From Convolutriloba macropyga (lineage: Eukaryota), in assembly GCF_964194025.1 (NCBI RefSeq), contig NC_134470.1, positions 77,438,001 through 77,502,000 on the forward strand: a stretch of 64,000 nt of DNA, read 5' to 3'. The position numbers and the translations under genes were made by a program. Shown here piece by piece: positions 38,603 to 50,088 of the stretch (the stretch's first letter is position 1; each line of letters begins with the position of its first letter). The notes below the pieces were generated by a model. It was not told the DNA's origin. It was given only the letters and a program-made list of their open reading frames with translations, and did no database searches.

Positions 38603-38763
38603 AGTAGTAGTGAAAATGCCTGTATTTTAACGGGGGGACCTGTCCCCCCCCCCCCCGTTAAAATACTGGCATGGCCTTTTTTAGTTATCCTCTTAGAATT
38701 TCCCTATAAGAGCGGAATAAAACTTAGCTGTTTCATTTAGTTCTTCGAACAGTTTCATGCTTT
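38603..38763 (+). repeat. Polinton left TIR
   Basis: AGTAGTAGTGAAAATGCCTGTA...CAGTTTCATGCTTT, inverted at 58365-58522. Confidence 0.95.
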
Positions 38764-39549
38764 CTTGTCTCAGCAAGAATTTAGACAAATCAAATTAAGA
38801 TAAAATTTTTTGATATTAATAAAATTTATAATGTAACGAACCTTGTACATCTGGCACATTGAAGACGGGGTCGAGAAAGTAATCGAAAATAAAATGGAGA
38901 AATAAGGTAATAACTATGAAACAAATGAAATTTCTCTTATTAATTAATATCAATCGTTCAATAAAAAAAAACGAAAACTGGCAAAATTAGAAACATTGAA
39001 GTTAATAACCAATACAAGGTACCAAAAAAAGAAACAAAACAAACCTACATCAAAGAGTTTCAATTTCTAAGCAGTTTTTGAGTTTCTCATTTTCTAATCA
39101 GTTGACTCCAATATTTTGTTGAATGCATTTGAACCACCCAACTGTTGCTAGCAAAAGTTTACCCATTATTCACAAAAACTATTTAACAGTAGCGCAAAAA
39201 TTCCCACAAAACTCAATTCGCCTAAATTTTTTTTATCAGCGTGTGAGCTCTTTAACGAACAAGAAACATTTGATCACGATATTACGCTTAAACTTAGACC
39301 GTACGTTGGTCTTATTGGAATTGACAATTCGTCGTTAGATTATCAATTTAAAAGTTTTAAAGTCCTTCGGTTACATGCAGTTTTGCGTGACGCTGGGTGT
39401 TTTATATACGAAAGATATAACCGAGGATCTGGATACTCTTATATGCTTCCGTGGAAAAGCAGCAACTGTTTTAGCGGTCATTTGTCGGGAGTTTTGTTTT
39501 GTTTATATATAAATGTTTTTCATCTGGCAATTTTTCATTTATTGGAACG

Positions 39550-40176
39550 CTGAGCAGCGAAACAGTTGTGTTAGACGTTGAAGGGTTTCGTCACAGAAAA
39601 GAAAAATTTATTGTTAAAGAACTTGGTGTTTGCACCGAGGACTATCTCGACTGCGTGTCATTTTTACCTTCAACAAGTTATAGTGAGTTAACAACTCAAC
39701 AAAAGCAATCTTTCAGTTGGTTGACTAAAAATTTGCACGGCATTGAGTGGGACCCAGGAAACTATCCCTACATTTATCTCACGCAAATAATTCAAAGCGT
39801 TCGCTTGAGGAATCCGGGTGCAATATTGTATGCTAAGGGAGAGGAAAAAGTAAAATTTTTGTCAGATTTGCTTGAGTGCTCTATTATTGATCTGAATTCA
39901 CTCGCGTGTCCTTCGATATCTGTGAACTAATTTACACAAAACTGTCAAAAACATTCAATGGGCAAAAACATTTTCAACAAACATTTTGCCAAAGAAAAAG
40001 CCATTTTCTATTTCAACTGGTTAACAAATGAGAGAGGAATTGACGAAAGTGGAAGCACCCTTGCCACCGAGTTCAACAGTTTGCGACTTGATTACGGGGG
40101 ACGGAAATCTGAGTCTTTCAATTTCCAAAGAGAAAACCATAAAAACCGGAAACCAGTTTTTACAGAGAAAAGTTAA
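39550..40176 (+). pseudogene. DEDD-fold nuclease-like protein resembling Maelstrom/arenavirus NP C-terminal domain
   Basis: VVLDVEGF...VKEL...LHGI...YAKG...IIDL, one in-frame TAA (39928), then CQKH...KH(F)A in the same frame as track ORF 39958. Start codon uncertain. Confidence 0.65.
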
Positions 40177-40321
40177 ATTGTTGCTGACTGAGGACGAAAT
40201 TCGCTCATTTACTCATTTAGTTTATTATATTGAACCTTTTCTTCAGTGGAGAAAGCAGAATGTCTCAACCCAGAGTCTGTCCTCCGAGACTCTTACTGAT
40301 GTCGAAACACCCGGTTGGTGA
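40028..40321 (+). CDS. Small hypothetical Polinton protein
   Basis: ATG-initiated 97-aa ORF in the gene-dense co-directional block; no motif recognised. Confidence 0.3.
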   Translation: MREELTKVEAPLPPSSTVCDLITGDGNLSLSISKEKTIKTGNQFLQRKVKLLLTEDEIRSFTHLVYYIEPFLQWRKQNVSTQSLSSETLTDVETPGW

Positions 40322-40545
40322 AGAAATTGACAAGAACGATCCTTCACTGCCGAAGGTGATTCAACACTTGGTGAAGGAAGAAAGAGTACACAAAATTGTT
40401 CCTTATGGAGAAAATGAGCGACTCCCGGAGTGCTTTGTGGTTCATATGAAAGACTTTCTAACTGACTTCAATTGATATGAATTGTTTTATATAGAGTGAC
40501 TTCTTCTCAATATATTTTTTTTAAAAAAAATTATTTTGTCCTGAG

Positions 40546-40821
40546 ATGGAGGGAGTAACAGTAGATCAAGCTGACGCTGTTGTAGAAGAAGGTTTTTTTG
40601 AAAAAGAAAGTAGCAGCAAATCTTCATGGAAATTTTGTAATCAAACAACGTTGCCACGGTCAGAAGTTGTATTTTTCGTTCAAATGTTTGTTATTTTACT
40701 GCTGATATCACTTTGTATTGTTAAATTAACCATTTTAAAACCAAATTTTGAAGAAACTTCAGTTTTGATATTAATATTGTCAAGTTTAGTTGGATGCATT
40801 TTACCAAATCCAAGACTATGA
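40546..40821 (+). CDS. Small two-TM membrane protein upstream of the packaging ATPase
   Basis: Two hydrophobic stretches ending LSSLVGCILPNPRL; its stop overlaps the ATPase start (ATGA, 40818-40821). Confidence 0.7.
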   Translation: MEGVTVDQADAVVEEGFFEKESSSKSSWKFCNQTTLPRSEVVFFVQMFVILLLISLCIVKLTILKPNFEETSVLILILSSLVGCILPNPRL

Positions 40822-41545
40822 ATAAGATTATATCTACGCATGATAGAGTCTTTATGGCCGTTGCAGGGCCTTCAGGTTGTGGCAAAACAGAGTTAATTTT
40901 TTAAATGTTGATTGCAAACATATTTTAACCAAAATTTAACAACATCATATTTTTATACAGAGAAATGCAACAAATATACTTCAAAATGGAGAAAACACTT
41001 GGTGTTACGTTTAAAAAGTACGCCAATTTGCCAATTTAGAATTTTTGAATAGCCTTGCAAACTGTCTTCTGATAATAGAGGACTCGTGCGAAGAAATTTA
41101 CAATGACAAAGAATTTGTTAAATTGGCCACTGCAGGGCGTCACAAAAACATTAATGTTATTTATATCAAGCAGAACCTTTATCAACAGAGCAAGTGGTCT
41201 CGTACAATAGACTTGAACACGACACATATCATTTTGTTCAAATCAGCCCGTGATATTCAACATGTCAAATTTGTAGGTAAACAGTTGAACCTTGTTACAT
41301 TTTTAAAACATTGCTATCAATTGGCAACGAAGGAACCATTTGGGCATTTGCTTATCGATCTTGATCCAAAGACTTCTGATTGTTTACGATACTGTTCATA
41401 TATTACTGAGCCAGGTCCTTCAGTTTTCTATCTTCCATCTGATAAAGCAGAAACAACTCCTCTAAACAATGAAAGAGAAAAAATTATCCATACTGAAGCA
41501 AATGGTGCATTTGCAGCCAAAACAATTAAGGAAATATTTGCGTAG
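40818..41545 (+). pseudogene. Genome-packaging ATPase (A32/FtsK-HerA family)
   Basis: Walker A GPSGCGKT (~40867), Walker B LLIIED, arginine motif AGRH, QNLY, IDLNTTHIILFK; two stops and a frameshift caused by a GCCAATT duplication. Confidence 0.93.
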
Positions 41546-41768
41546 TTGTGATAATGATGCTATACTGGTTTTGTGTGAATGTCTTCACAATCTTTTACTG
41601 GGCCAAGTTAGAGTGAAAGTATGAGACTTAGAAAATTACAGACACATATTTGAAGGCGTTCTCAAGAAAAAATCATCAATGGTTAAACGGCAAGCACTTC
41701 TACTAACAAAAACCGGTTTCCAACTGGTTCAAATCATTATTAAATTTTGTTTCATCCATTTGAGTTAA
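41502..41768 (+). pseudogene. Conserved small basic Polinton protein (CEC..N.L.G.V type)
   Basis: Hand translation MVHLQPKQLRKYLRSCDNDAILVLCECLHNLLLGQVRVKV*DLENYRHIF..., one internal stop; partial second copy from 42451. Confidence 0.6.
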
Positions 41769-43343
41769 GCAATCTCAACTTCTGAAGAGTTTATTTTGAT
41801 TCCCAAAAATCAGTTTATGACGGAGCAACCATTTTCCTCGCAAATTCTAAAAGATCCCAGAGTTCAGCATAGAAGTGCTCAATTTTCGTTTTTGAACAGT
41901 ATGCGACCAAATGAAAACACTGACAAAGAGAACCAAAAAATTTTGGATACAAGGGAAACAACTGATTCAACTGAGTTGTCAAAAGTACATGCAGACAAAG
42001 TTCTTCAAAATCTCAACATGCTAGTGCCACCGAAACTTACCAGGACGGAAAAAATGGTTAATCTCATTAAAGAGTCAAAAAACGTTGTTATAGACAAAAA
42101 AAGAGAATTTCATTGTTGGCGGAACAGCGACAGGAATAAATGTTCCCATTTTTCTCTATGACTGGCAGCAACCAACTACAAAAATAAATAATCCAGATTA
42201 TTTCAAGATTCTAGAGGCTTTAAACATAAAAGAGGACTTGGTGATCAACAGTAATGCTAAAATTGAGATCCGGAAAAGAACTCAAAGAGTTACCAAACCA
42301 AAAAGAAAAAGGAAACTTTTGCACCAAAAAAAATCAAGCACAAAGAAAACAGCCAATTACTTACAGAGGAATCCTCAGACGCCAGAAGTGGTTTCGAAAC
42401 CTCAAAGGAAGACAGAACTCAGCAAGAAAAGGACCGGGAGTTAAAATATATTTGCGTAGTTGTGATAATGATGCTATACTGGTTTTGTGTGAATGTCTTC
42501 ACAATTTTTACTGGGCCAAGTTAGAGTGAAAGTATGAGACTTAGAAAATTACAGACACATATTTGAAGGCGTTCTCAAGAAAAAATCATCAATGGATAAA
42601 CGGCAAGCACTTCTACTAACAAAAACCGGTTTCCAACTGGTTCAAATCATTATTAAATTTTGTTTCATCCATTTGAGTTAAGCAATCTCAACTGCTGAAG
42701 AGTTTATTTTGATTCCCAAAAATCAGTTTATGACGGAGCAACCATTTTCCTCACAAATTCTAAAAGATCCCAGAGTTCAGCATAGAGGTGCTCAATTTTC
42801 GTTTTTGAACAGTATGCGACCAAATGAAAACACTGACAAAGAGAACCAAAAAATTTTGGATACAAGGGAAACAACTGATTCAACTGAGTTGTCAAAAGTA
42901 CATGCAGACAAAATTCTTCAAAATCTCAACATGCTAGTGCCACCGAAACTTACCAGGACGGAAAAAATGGTTAATCTCATTAAAGAGTCAAAAAACGTTG
43001 TTATAGACAAAAAAAGAGAATTTCATTGCTGACGGAACAGCGACAGGTATAAATGTTCCCATTTTTCTCTATGATTGGCAGCAACCAACTAAAAAAATAA
43101 ATAATCCAGATTATTTCAAGATTCTAGAGGCTTTAAACATAAAAGAGGACTTGGTGATCAACAGTAATGCTAAAATTCCGATCCGGAAAAGAACTCAAAG
43201 AGTTACCAAACCAAAAAGAAAAAGAATCAAGCACAAAGAAACCAGCCAATTACTTACAGAGGAATCCTCAGACGCCAGAAGTGGTTTCGAAACCTCAAAG
43301 GAAGACAGAACTCAGCAAGAAAAGGACCGGGAGTTAAAATATA
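41537..43343 (+). repeat. Internal tandem duplication (41537-42450 / 42451-43343)
   Basis: Near-identical ~0.9-kb copies with AAATA microhomology at the junction. Confidence 0.95.
41796..42444 (+). pseudogene. Hypothetical Polinton protein upstream of integrase (copy 1; copy 2 at 42709-43340)
   Basis: Track ORFs 41796+42238 and 42709+43151 are near-identical, frameshifted at an A-run. Confidence 0.5.
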
Positions 43344-44229
43344 CGAAAGGTCCCGGAGCATAAGGAGGCATAAAAAATCTCCAAAAAAGCACAAAATTGA
43401 AACCAAGTAAAGTGAAATTGCTCCCAGAGGGCAAAAATGCCCACACAAAGCATAAAAATTATAGAAAAAGATTTCCAACACTGAAAGTTACTGCTTAAAA
43501 CATAAATGAGATTTGGTCGCTAGACTTGGCTTATGTGGATAAATTGGCAAAAGACATCAAAGTTGTAAAATATTTGTTGGTTGCGGTCGACTGTCTCTCA
43601 CCTTATCTACGCGTCGAACCCTTAAATTCAAAGTACGCTACAACAACAGCTGATGCGTTTAAGAATATGATAAAGAACAAGCAACCTAAAAAAGTGTGGG
43701 TAGATGCTGGTACAGAATTTAAGGGCTCCTTCAGCACTCTTTTTCAGAAAAAAGATATTGAAGTTTATAAAACATTCAGCGAAAAAAAGTCAGCATTTGC
43801 GGAAAGAAATATACGCGCAAGAATTTGATATACAAGTATTTAGAGGACAAATGGACATACTCGTATATTAATCAATTGCAGAGCTTTGCACAAACCATTA
43901 ACTCTAAAGTCAACAGAGCAACGGAAATGGCGCCCAATAAAGTTACAAAGAAAGACGTTCCTTACTTGATATCATTAATTTTTAATACATCAGCAAAACT
44001 ATTTCGTCGACAAAATTTTTACGTTGGGGACTTTGTGCGAATATCAAAAGCGGATCTTCCTTTTAGAAAAGGATACAAGGAAACATTTACCAACGAAGTT
44101 TTCGAGATTTACGATATACCTACAACAAATCTTCTAGTCGCAACCCAAGAGCCAGTCAAAGGAAAATTTTACGAGATAGAGTTGGTCAAAGTTAGAGACA
44201 TCAGTAGTGAAATAACAAAACATGAATGA
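43340..44229 (+). pseudogene. Retroviral-like (rve) integrase of Polinton type
   Basis: YTKGPGA*GG...RKRFPTLKV...NEIWSLDLAY (D), VWVDAGTEF (D), KSAFAERNIR (E), VGDFVRISK...FRKGYKETFTNEVF; two stops and one frameshift. True start not located. Confidence 0.93.
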
Positions 44230-45084
44230 ATTCACGGTCCACTTAGTTTCATCAGCCTCAATGATTATTTTCCCTCAAAGCACCTTGTCCTCATTCACAA
44301 ATTATTTCAATGAAGAAATTAATTTGGAGGGGGATTGGCGAGTTGCATTAAATGAAATTATCTTCCCGCCAGAAATAAATCAAGTGAACAAAAGTGATCT
44401 GAAGATATTTTCTTCTGAAGGCCTTAAGTTTAATGAGAAAAGTATTCCATTTGAAGCAGTCTCCAGACCATACGGAGGAGAACGAGCTACCATTGGAATT
44501 GGTTCCTATGAAAACCGTGACCATATTTTGAGATCCTTAAAAACAGCTAGCGGATTGCCTCATTTTGACTATCAATTTAACAAAATCAACGGAGTTTCAA
44601 TCCTCTTTTTTGGTAAAAACGAAGGAATTACTTTTCCGGATAACGAAATTCCAAGTATCCTAGGTTTCGAAGGTATTCATGATGGGCTTGGTTATCATAT
44701 TGGATACAAAATGTTGGACACTTTTGAAAATCTGACCATGGCAGATGACGAAGAAAAAAATTTGCTGGTGATTTTCCTTTTGATTTGTCTGCAGGGAAGC
44801 AACTGACTTTTATTTACGTTAACATAATTGAGTATCAATACGTAGGTGATACTAAAGCTCCGCTTATTCAAGTCATTGATTCAAAACAACGCCTGAAGAA
44901 GGGTAGCCCCTGCGAAATAGAGCCAACACACAGAACTGTTTTCAGCAACTTGGAATACAAAAAGTTACTATCAAAAAATTTTCAGTCAATTGAAATTCAA
45001 TTGCGGACAGAAACCGGACAATTAGTTCCATTCGTTGGAACGGGAAAAGTTATTTTGACATTAAATTTTAAAAAATTCGACTAA
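44222..45084 (+). pseudogene. Minor capsid protein (penton, single jelly-roll)
   Basis: MNEFTVHLVSSAS..FP...SSFTN....I.LEGDWRVAL.EI at the N-terminus and YVNIIEYQYVGDTKAPLI...SIEIQLR...LVPF..GKVILTLNFKK at the C-terminus; one frameshift near 44760. Confidence 0.88.
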
Positions 45085-45470
45085 ATGGAAGCCTACTATC
45101 AACAGCAATTGGTATCACCATAATTTTCAGGACACTATCGCCAACGAAGAACTGGTTTTGGGCTTTAGCGGCAGGTATTGGCAGAGCTGCATTACCGATT
45201 GCAAGAAAGTTTCTTTGGCCTGTAGCCAAAAAGTTTCGACGTGAATTAATTTTTCAAGCAGCTCCTGAGCTGGTAGAGGCTGTCAAAAAGAAAAAACACT
45301 CCCAAACAAGCACTGAAATCAACTGTCTGAAAAATTGTACAAAAACAAATTGGAGGATCATTGGTCAAAAAGAAGAACATCAAGAAAAAACAGACGAAAA
45401 AGCCGTTCAAAGACCATTCGCAGAAAACAACCTCTGTCGAGAAATCGGTCTCAATTCTTCTCTAAAGTTC
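45085..45470 (+). pseudogene. Basic core/membrane-active precursor-like protein between penton and MCP
   Basis: MEAYYQQQ...FSGHYRQRRTGFG, then (frameshift) amphipathic LAAGIGRAALPIARKFLWPVAKK and a Lys-rich tail; position and motif typical of Polintons. End approximate. Confidence 0.6.
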
Positions 45471-45473
45471 AAA

Positions 45474-46804
45474 ATGTTTACTAGTTTACTGCCCGCAGAG
45501 GCAACACACACCACACTTGATTTGTTTGAAAAACAACCTCTGCTAGTTACATTTGATAATGCTTTTACTCAAAAAGTTGGACCTTCCTACTCCCCTGATG
45601 GTCCAATGCTTGAGTTTGAAGTTATGGGTGACAGGAACGATTTCATAGATTTGCAAAAACTTCTCCTTGAAATTAAATGCAAAATCTCCCGAAACAATGA
45701 CGGTGATTTAAGGACATGAACTGATGCTACAAATACAGACTCGCCATACTTAAGCAACAACGCACTGCATTCTTTATTTTCGGAATGCACTGTATCTGCT
45801 AACGGTGTTAAAATTTCCAACACAAACGGAAATTATGCACACAAAGAATTCATTGAAACAGAATTTTTGTCAGGAAAAACTGCAAAAAACACATGGCTAG
45901 TTTGTCAAGGATATTATTACGAGGATGAGCCAGCAAAATTTGATGGCACCGACGGTCGCGCCGAGGATGTTACAGAGAGATAACCCTCGTAGCAAACTCC
46001 AATGAAAATTAATTAATTGGGAAACCATCCAGTGTCATTCTAACGTGTAATAAACACCTGCTCAGTGGTATTACTCTGAGAATTTCATTCAGAAGATCCA
46101 CAAATTCAGGAAGATCTGTTATTTCCTAGTCAAACATCTTTTACAAAGCTAAAATAATTGAGGCTAATCTGTATTTTAGAAGAATGACAGTATCGGATCA
46201 TGTTTTGACGGCAATTGAGAAAACTCTACTAAAAACACCTGCAGAGTATCGCTATACAGAGGTTTCACCAAGCAAATTTTTAGCTACGACTGGTGTTCAA
46301 AGTTGGAGACAACAATATGTCTTCTCAAAGGAACCAATTCGAAGAATGATTGTCGCGATGACAACAAACCGCGCGTACCTTGGCACAAATCGAACAACAT
46401 CTTTTCTTTATCAGAAGTTTGATCTGAGTCAAATTGTTATTTATCGTAACGGACTTCCAATAGTTGGCACGCCCATTTCAACCGCCTCTAATCAAAGGCT
46501 TTATTTTAATACGCTTGAGGCTTTAGATTTTCTTGATAATGGTCGTCCTGGCATATCTCTATCAGATTATCCCCACCATTTTATTATGGCCTTTGTATTA
46601 ACTTCAACACAGGAAGCATCACACGATTTTATTCACCCTGAACTGACAAACTGTTCAATTTCAGTTGAGTTAACGTTTTCGAGAGCATTGACAGATAACA
46701 TTGGAATTTTGTTTTTGGGAGAACGAAGTTCCACATTTTACGTGTCATCTGAGAGAAAAGTCACAAAAAACACACTTATTACATACCCAGTGACTAATGG
46801 TTAA
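45474..46804 (+). pseudogene. Major capsid protein (double jelly-roll)
   Basis: LDLF...LEFEV.G...FIDL, NNALHSLFSEC.V..NG..IS....YAHK.FIET, P.R.IVAM, F.LT...; several stops and frameshifts. Confidence 0.9.
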
Positions 46805-47081
46805 TAATGATAATGTTAAAATTGCCAAATTGATCAACAAATGTGTTCATTTAAAATTTCTGTTTTGCGGAGTATTCCCAGCTGATAGTTTTTCTAAGCT
46901 ATTTGCAGACTCTTTTATTGTAGTTAATGCATCCGATGCTGGAACTATAGGAACTCATTGCCTACTCGTCTGCAAAAAAAACGACAAAATTTATTTTGCT
47001 GATCCATTGGGAAATTCGCTGGAAATCTACTTGAGTTGTGACAAAATAAACTTTTTTGGTGGTATGCAAACGCAAAATTAG
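46797..47081 (+). pseudogene. Adenain-like cysteine protease, truncated copy A
   Basis: FCGVFPAD...IVVNAS....GTH(C)...YFADPLG; C-terminus deleted at 47032. Confidence 0.8.
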
Positions 47082-47182
47082 CAATTTTATTTTTGTCCAA
47101 GTTTGGTTTACAAAAGAAAAGAAGAAAGCGGAATGACTTTTGAAATTGTCGAAAATAATCAGGAGAACGTTCGTAAATTGCG

Positions 47183-47644
47183 TCAGCCATTGTATTTGTC
47201 TATCCTGTAGGCTAAGTTCTTTTTCTGTGCTAGATGTTTCTTGACTTTCGATAGGGGTTGACTCTCGCTTTCAGAATTCGTATCGTTGGTTGAACGAATA
47301 TGTTGTGAAAATCTATCGTTCTCGCCTTCTTTTCTTTTATTCGCCTTAGATGTAACTTTTGGAGGCTCAGTTTGTACTGTTAAAGGAACCTATGCGTCCT
47401 TTGAATCGATCAGATCTCTGATTCTGTGGATATGTTCCGCTAGTCTATCAAATTCTGAAAGAGAAAGGTTTACTTTTTGGGAGAGTTTGTAATCATCATC
47501 ACTTTGGTTGTTCCTTCTGAACTGTTTTATTGCAACATAGGTACCAGAAGTTTCATAGGTTTTAGTTGAGACCCTTACATTTCTTTTTGCAGTTTCTGAG
47601 ATATCAAATTCTATGTCTTTCTCGAGGGTCTCAGATTTTTCCAT
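47183..47644 (-). pseudogene. PC4-like ssDNA-binding protein (copy B at ~50081-50495, partly deleted)
   Basis: RNVRVS...YVAIKQF...KVNLSLSEFDRLAEHIHRI follows the PC4 pattern (R.VSV...IDIRE....KGISL..EQW..L...I..I). The TAG at 47390-47392 is GAG in copy B, extending the frame to 47183. Confidence 0.55.
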
Positions 47645-49035
47645 TTTTATGCACTCAGCTGCTATACTGTTTATTACAAGAGAATAAAATCAAATGAATT
47701 GTTGGAAAAGGAAATAAAGTTGAAGTACTACACTTTATGCAAAACACATTATCACAGAGCTGCTAGACTTTGAGCACTACAAAAATGTGATTGGTCGACA
47801 ATAATTCCTCAGAACCTAAATCGTATTAATATAAAACCATAATTGCGAAGAAACTCTAGTGTATTTGAGCTATAGTCTACAGTACATAGCTTTCAAGAAA
47901 CCCAATTACAATAAAATAAAAGCAAATGTTAGAAATTGAACTTTGGTCCAGGAGTGATAAAACCCAGACCAAATACCATAAAAACTATACGCAATTTAGC
48001 CAACTTATTGAACAGAATACATCTTATCTCTGGGGTCAATGTCAAAACCATAAGATAATAAAATACACTCTGTTAAGTTGTTTGCCAAAAGCAATCGCTT
48101 ATCAGTCTGGGTTTACACCTGTTCTGAATTTAACTTAGTGCAAAACTTTGTATAAACAAATAAAACTTTACGACATACAGTTCTCAACCACAATACGCAA
48201 GTGTTGAAAAGTGAACAAATTCCTTGTTTATATTCCTTGAGCATTTTGTCGTTTTCAACAGTCAAATTTTTGTTGCAGTTCTTGAAATAAAAAACATAAA
48301 ATGTCTCCAGTAGTTATTATTCTGAAAAACGAGAAAAGCTTAGAGAAAAGAACAATAGCTTTTGAAACAAACCGGAAAGACACAATCGTTATTATTGAAC
48401 AAGTATGGACGAAGGATACCTGGGTTACATCAAATCACATGTCACTTCCGGTTGTTATGTTTGTTTTGACCCAGTCATTTCGTTTTATTGGATTTCGTAA
48501 CAAATTACACCAGAGAGTTTATAATTGACACCTTTGTCCTTGAAACAAATGTTCGGAAGATCTTCTACGACTACGACTTGAAAGAAATTCCTTTATACGA
48601 AAATCAAGAAGGATATTGGAGAGATCTCGAAAAGCTCGAGGCTCTCTGGAAAATTCCCAATAGTGATAGCCATGATTGGGAATTTAATGACAGTGAAAAC
48701 TATCTGAATTTCCCACCAGAGACTCCTACTACACCAGTGTTTCTATCAATAGATGATCTCAACTGCTCGGACAGTCAAATGACTCCACCCGCATGGCGAT
48801 GTCTTGCACCCAAAAAACGAAAAAAATGTCAGTATTTCTGACAAAGATTGAGGAAATCGGATCCAGAGAAAAGCTGATAAACAGAATGAAACTATATTGA
48901 AGAGAAAAAACTGCTATAATGTTCAATTTATTCAATCTTACTAACTCTCTAACACAATATTGAAACGAATGAAATTGTACTATCTTTTGAAATTTTTTTT
49001 ATTGTAGCTAACTCTTGAGAACAAACACTACAATG

Positions 49036-49425
49036 AATGTGTTCATTTAAAATCTCTGTTTTGCGGAGTATTCCCAGCTGATAGTTTTCCTAAGCTATTT
49101 GCAGACTCTTTTATTGTAGTTAATGCATCCGATGCTGGAACTATAGGAACTCATTGGCTACTCGTCTGCAAAAAAACGACAAAATTTATTTTGCTGATCC
49201 GTTGGGAAATTCGCTGGAAATCTACTTTGCAGTTTGCAAACAGCTAAACAGTTTCTATGGAGAAGTGATTCAACTGTATACATTGATACCAATTCAAAAA
49301 ACTAACTAAAAACTATGTGGTCTGTTTTGTATTTAAATTGCTCATGTTATTTTTAGCATTAAATACTCTTACACAATGTACATGAATGATGATGACTTAC
49401 TCCGATTTGCAAAGCAAATGCTTTA
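49036..49425 (+). pseudogene. Adenain-like cysteine protease, copy B (5'-truncated, catalytic residues present)
   Basis: GTHW (His), FADPLG (Asp), PIQKTN*KLCGLFC (Gln/Cys); frameshift and stops. Confidence 0.85.
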
Positions 49426-49471
49426 ATTCATTTTTTTAGTTACTCCTCTGTTTTCAGTTAAAGAAACGATC

Positions 49472-50088
49472 TCAATGAAAATTTAGTTTTTTGTAATTTT
49501 GTTCAAATACAAATTTTACAAACAACGTTTCACTGTCAACATTAAGCAAACCGTAACCACTAAGTTTAATATCAATAATTTTTGAAAATTCAGCGTAGTG
49601 TTCATTGTAATATATCTCCACAAAGCGTTGATTAGTCAAAAGTGGTACAAAGTCTGTTTGAGTTTGAACATTTTGATTTACAGCATGGCAAATGCTGGGT
49701 AGTTTCTTCATAGAAAAAAGTTTCTGTGCAGATTCTGTTGTTGTAGACAGTAGTCAACTGCGTCAATAAGTTTTTCCAAAATTGGTCCGTGAACATCGAA
49801 CCCGTCCAAATCCTAAATGAGACATTTAAAGCAGGTAAACAAACACGGTATTGCATAAGCTTTTGAGCTGTCGGTTCCTTCTAAGCTTGATAGTTTTTCA
49901 GATGAAATTAGGACATGGAAATGAACAGAAGAGTTGTGACAAAATAAACTTTTTTGGTGGTATGCAAACGCAAAATTAGCAATTTTATTATTGTCCAAGT
50001 TTAGTATACAAAAGAAAAGAAGAAAGCGGATTGGTTTTTGAAATTGTCGAAAATAATCAGGAGAACGTTCGTACATTGCGTCAGCCAT
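49472..50088 (-). pseudogene. Hypothetical ~200-aa protein with an HUH-like motif
   Basis: Track ORF 49813 (AYHQK...VHFHVLI) reads through one TAG and one frameshift into ORF 49472; truncated copy at 47033-47190. Confidence 0.45.

Noticed and set aside
42709-44229. Natural fusion of the upstream protein to integrase
   Set aside because: In frame only in copy 2; copy 1 differs by a ~20-bp indel and reads in another frame, so it cannot be decided without intact siblings.
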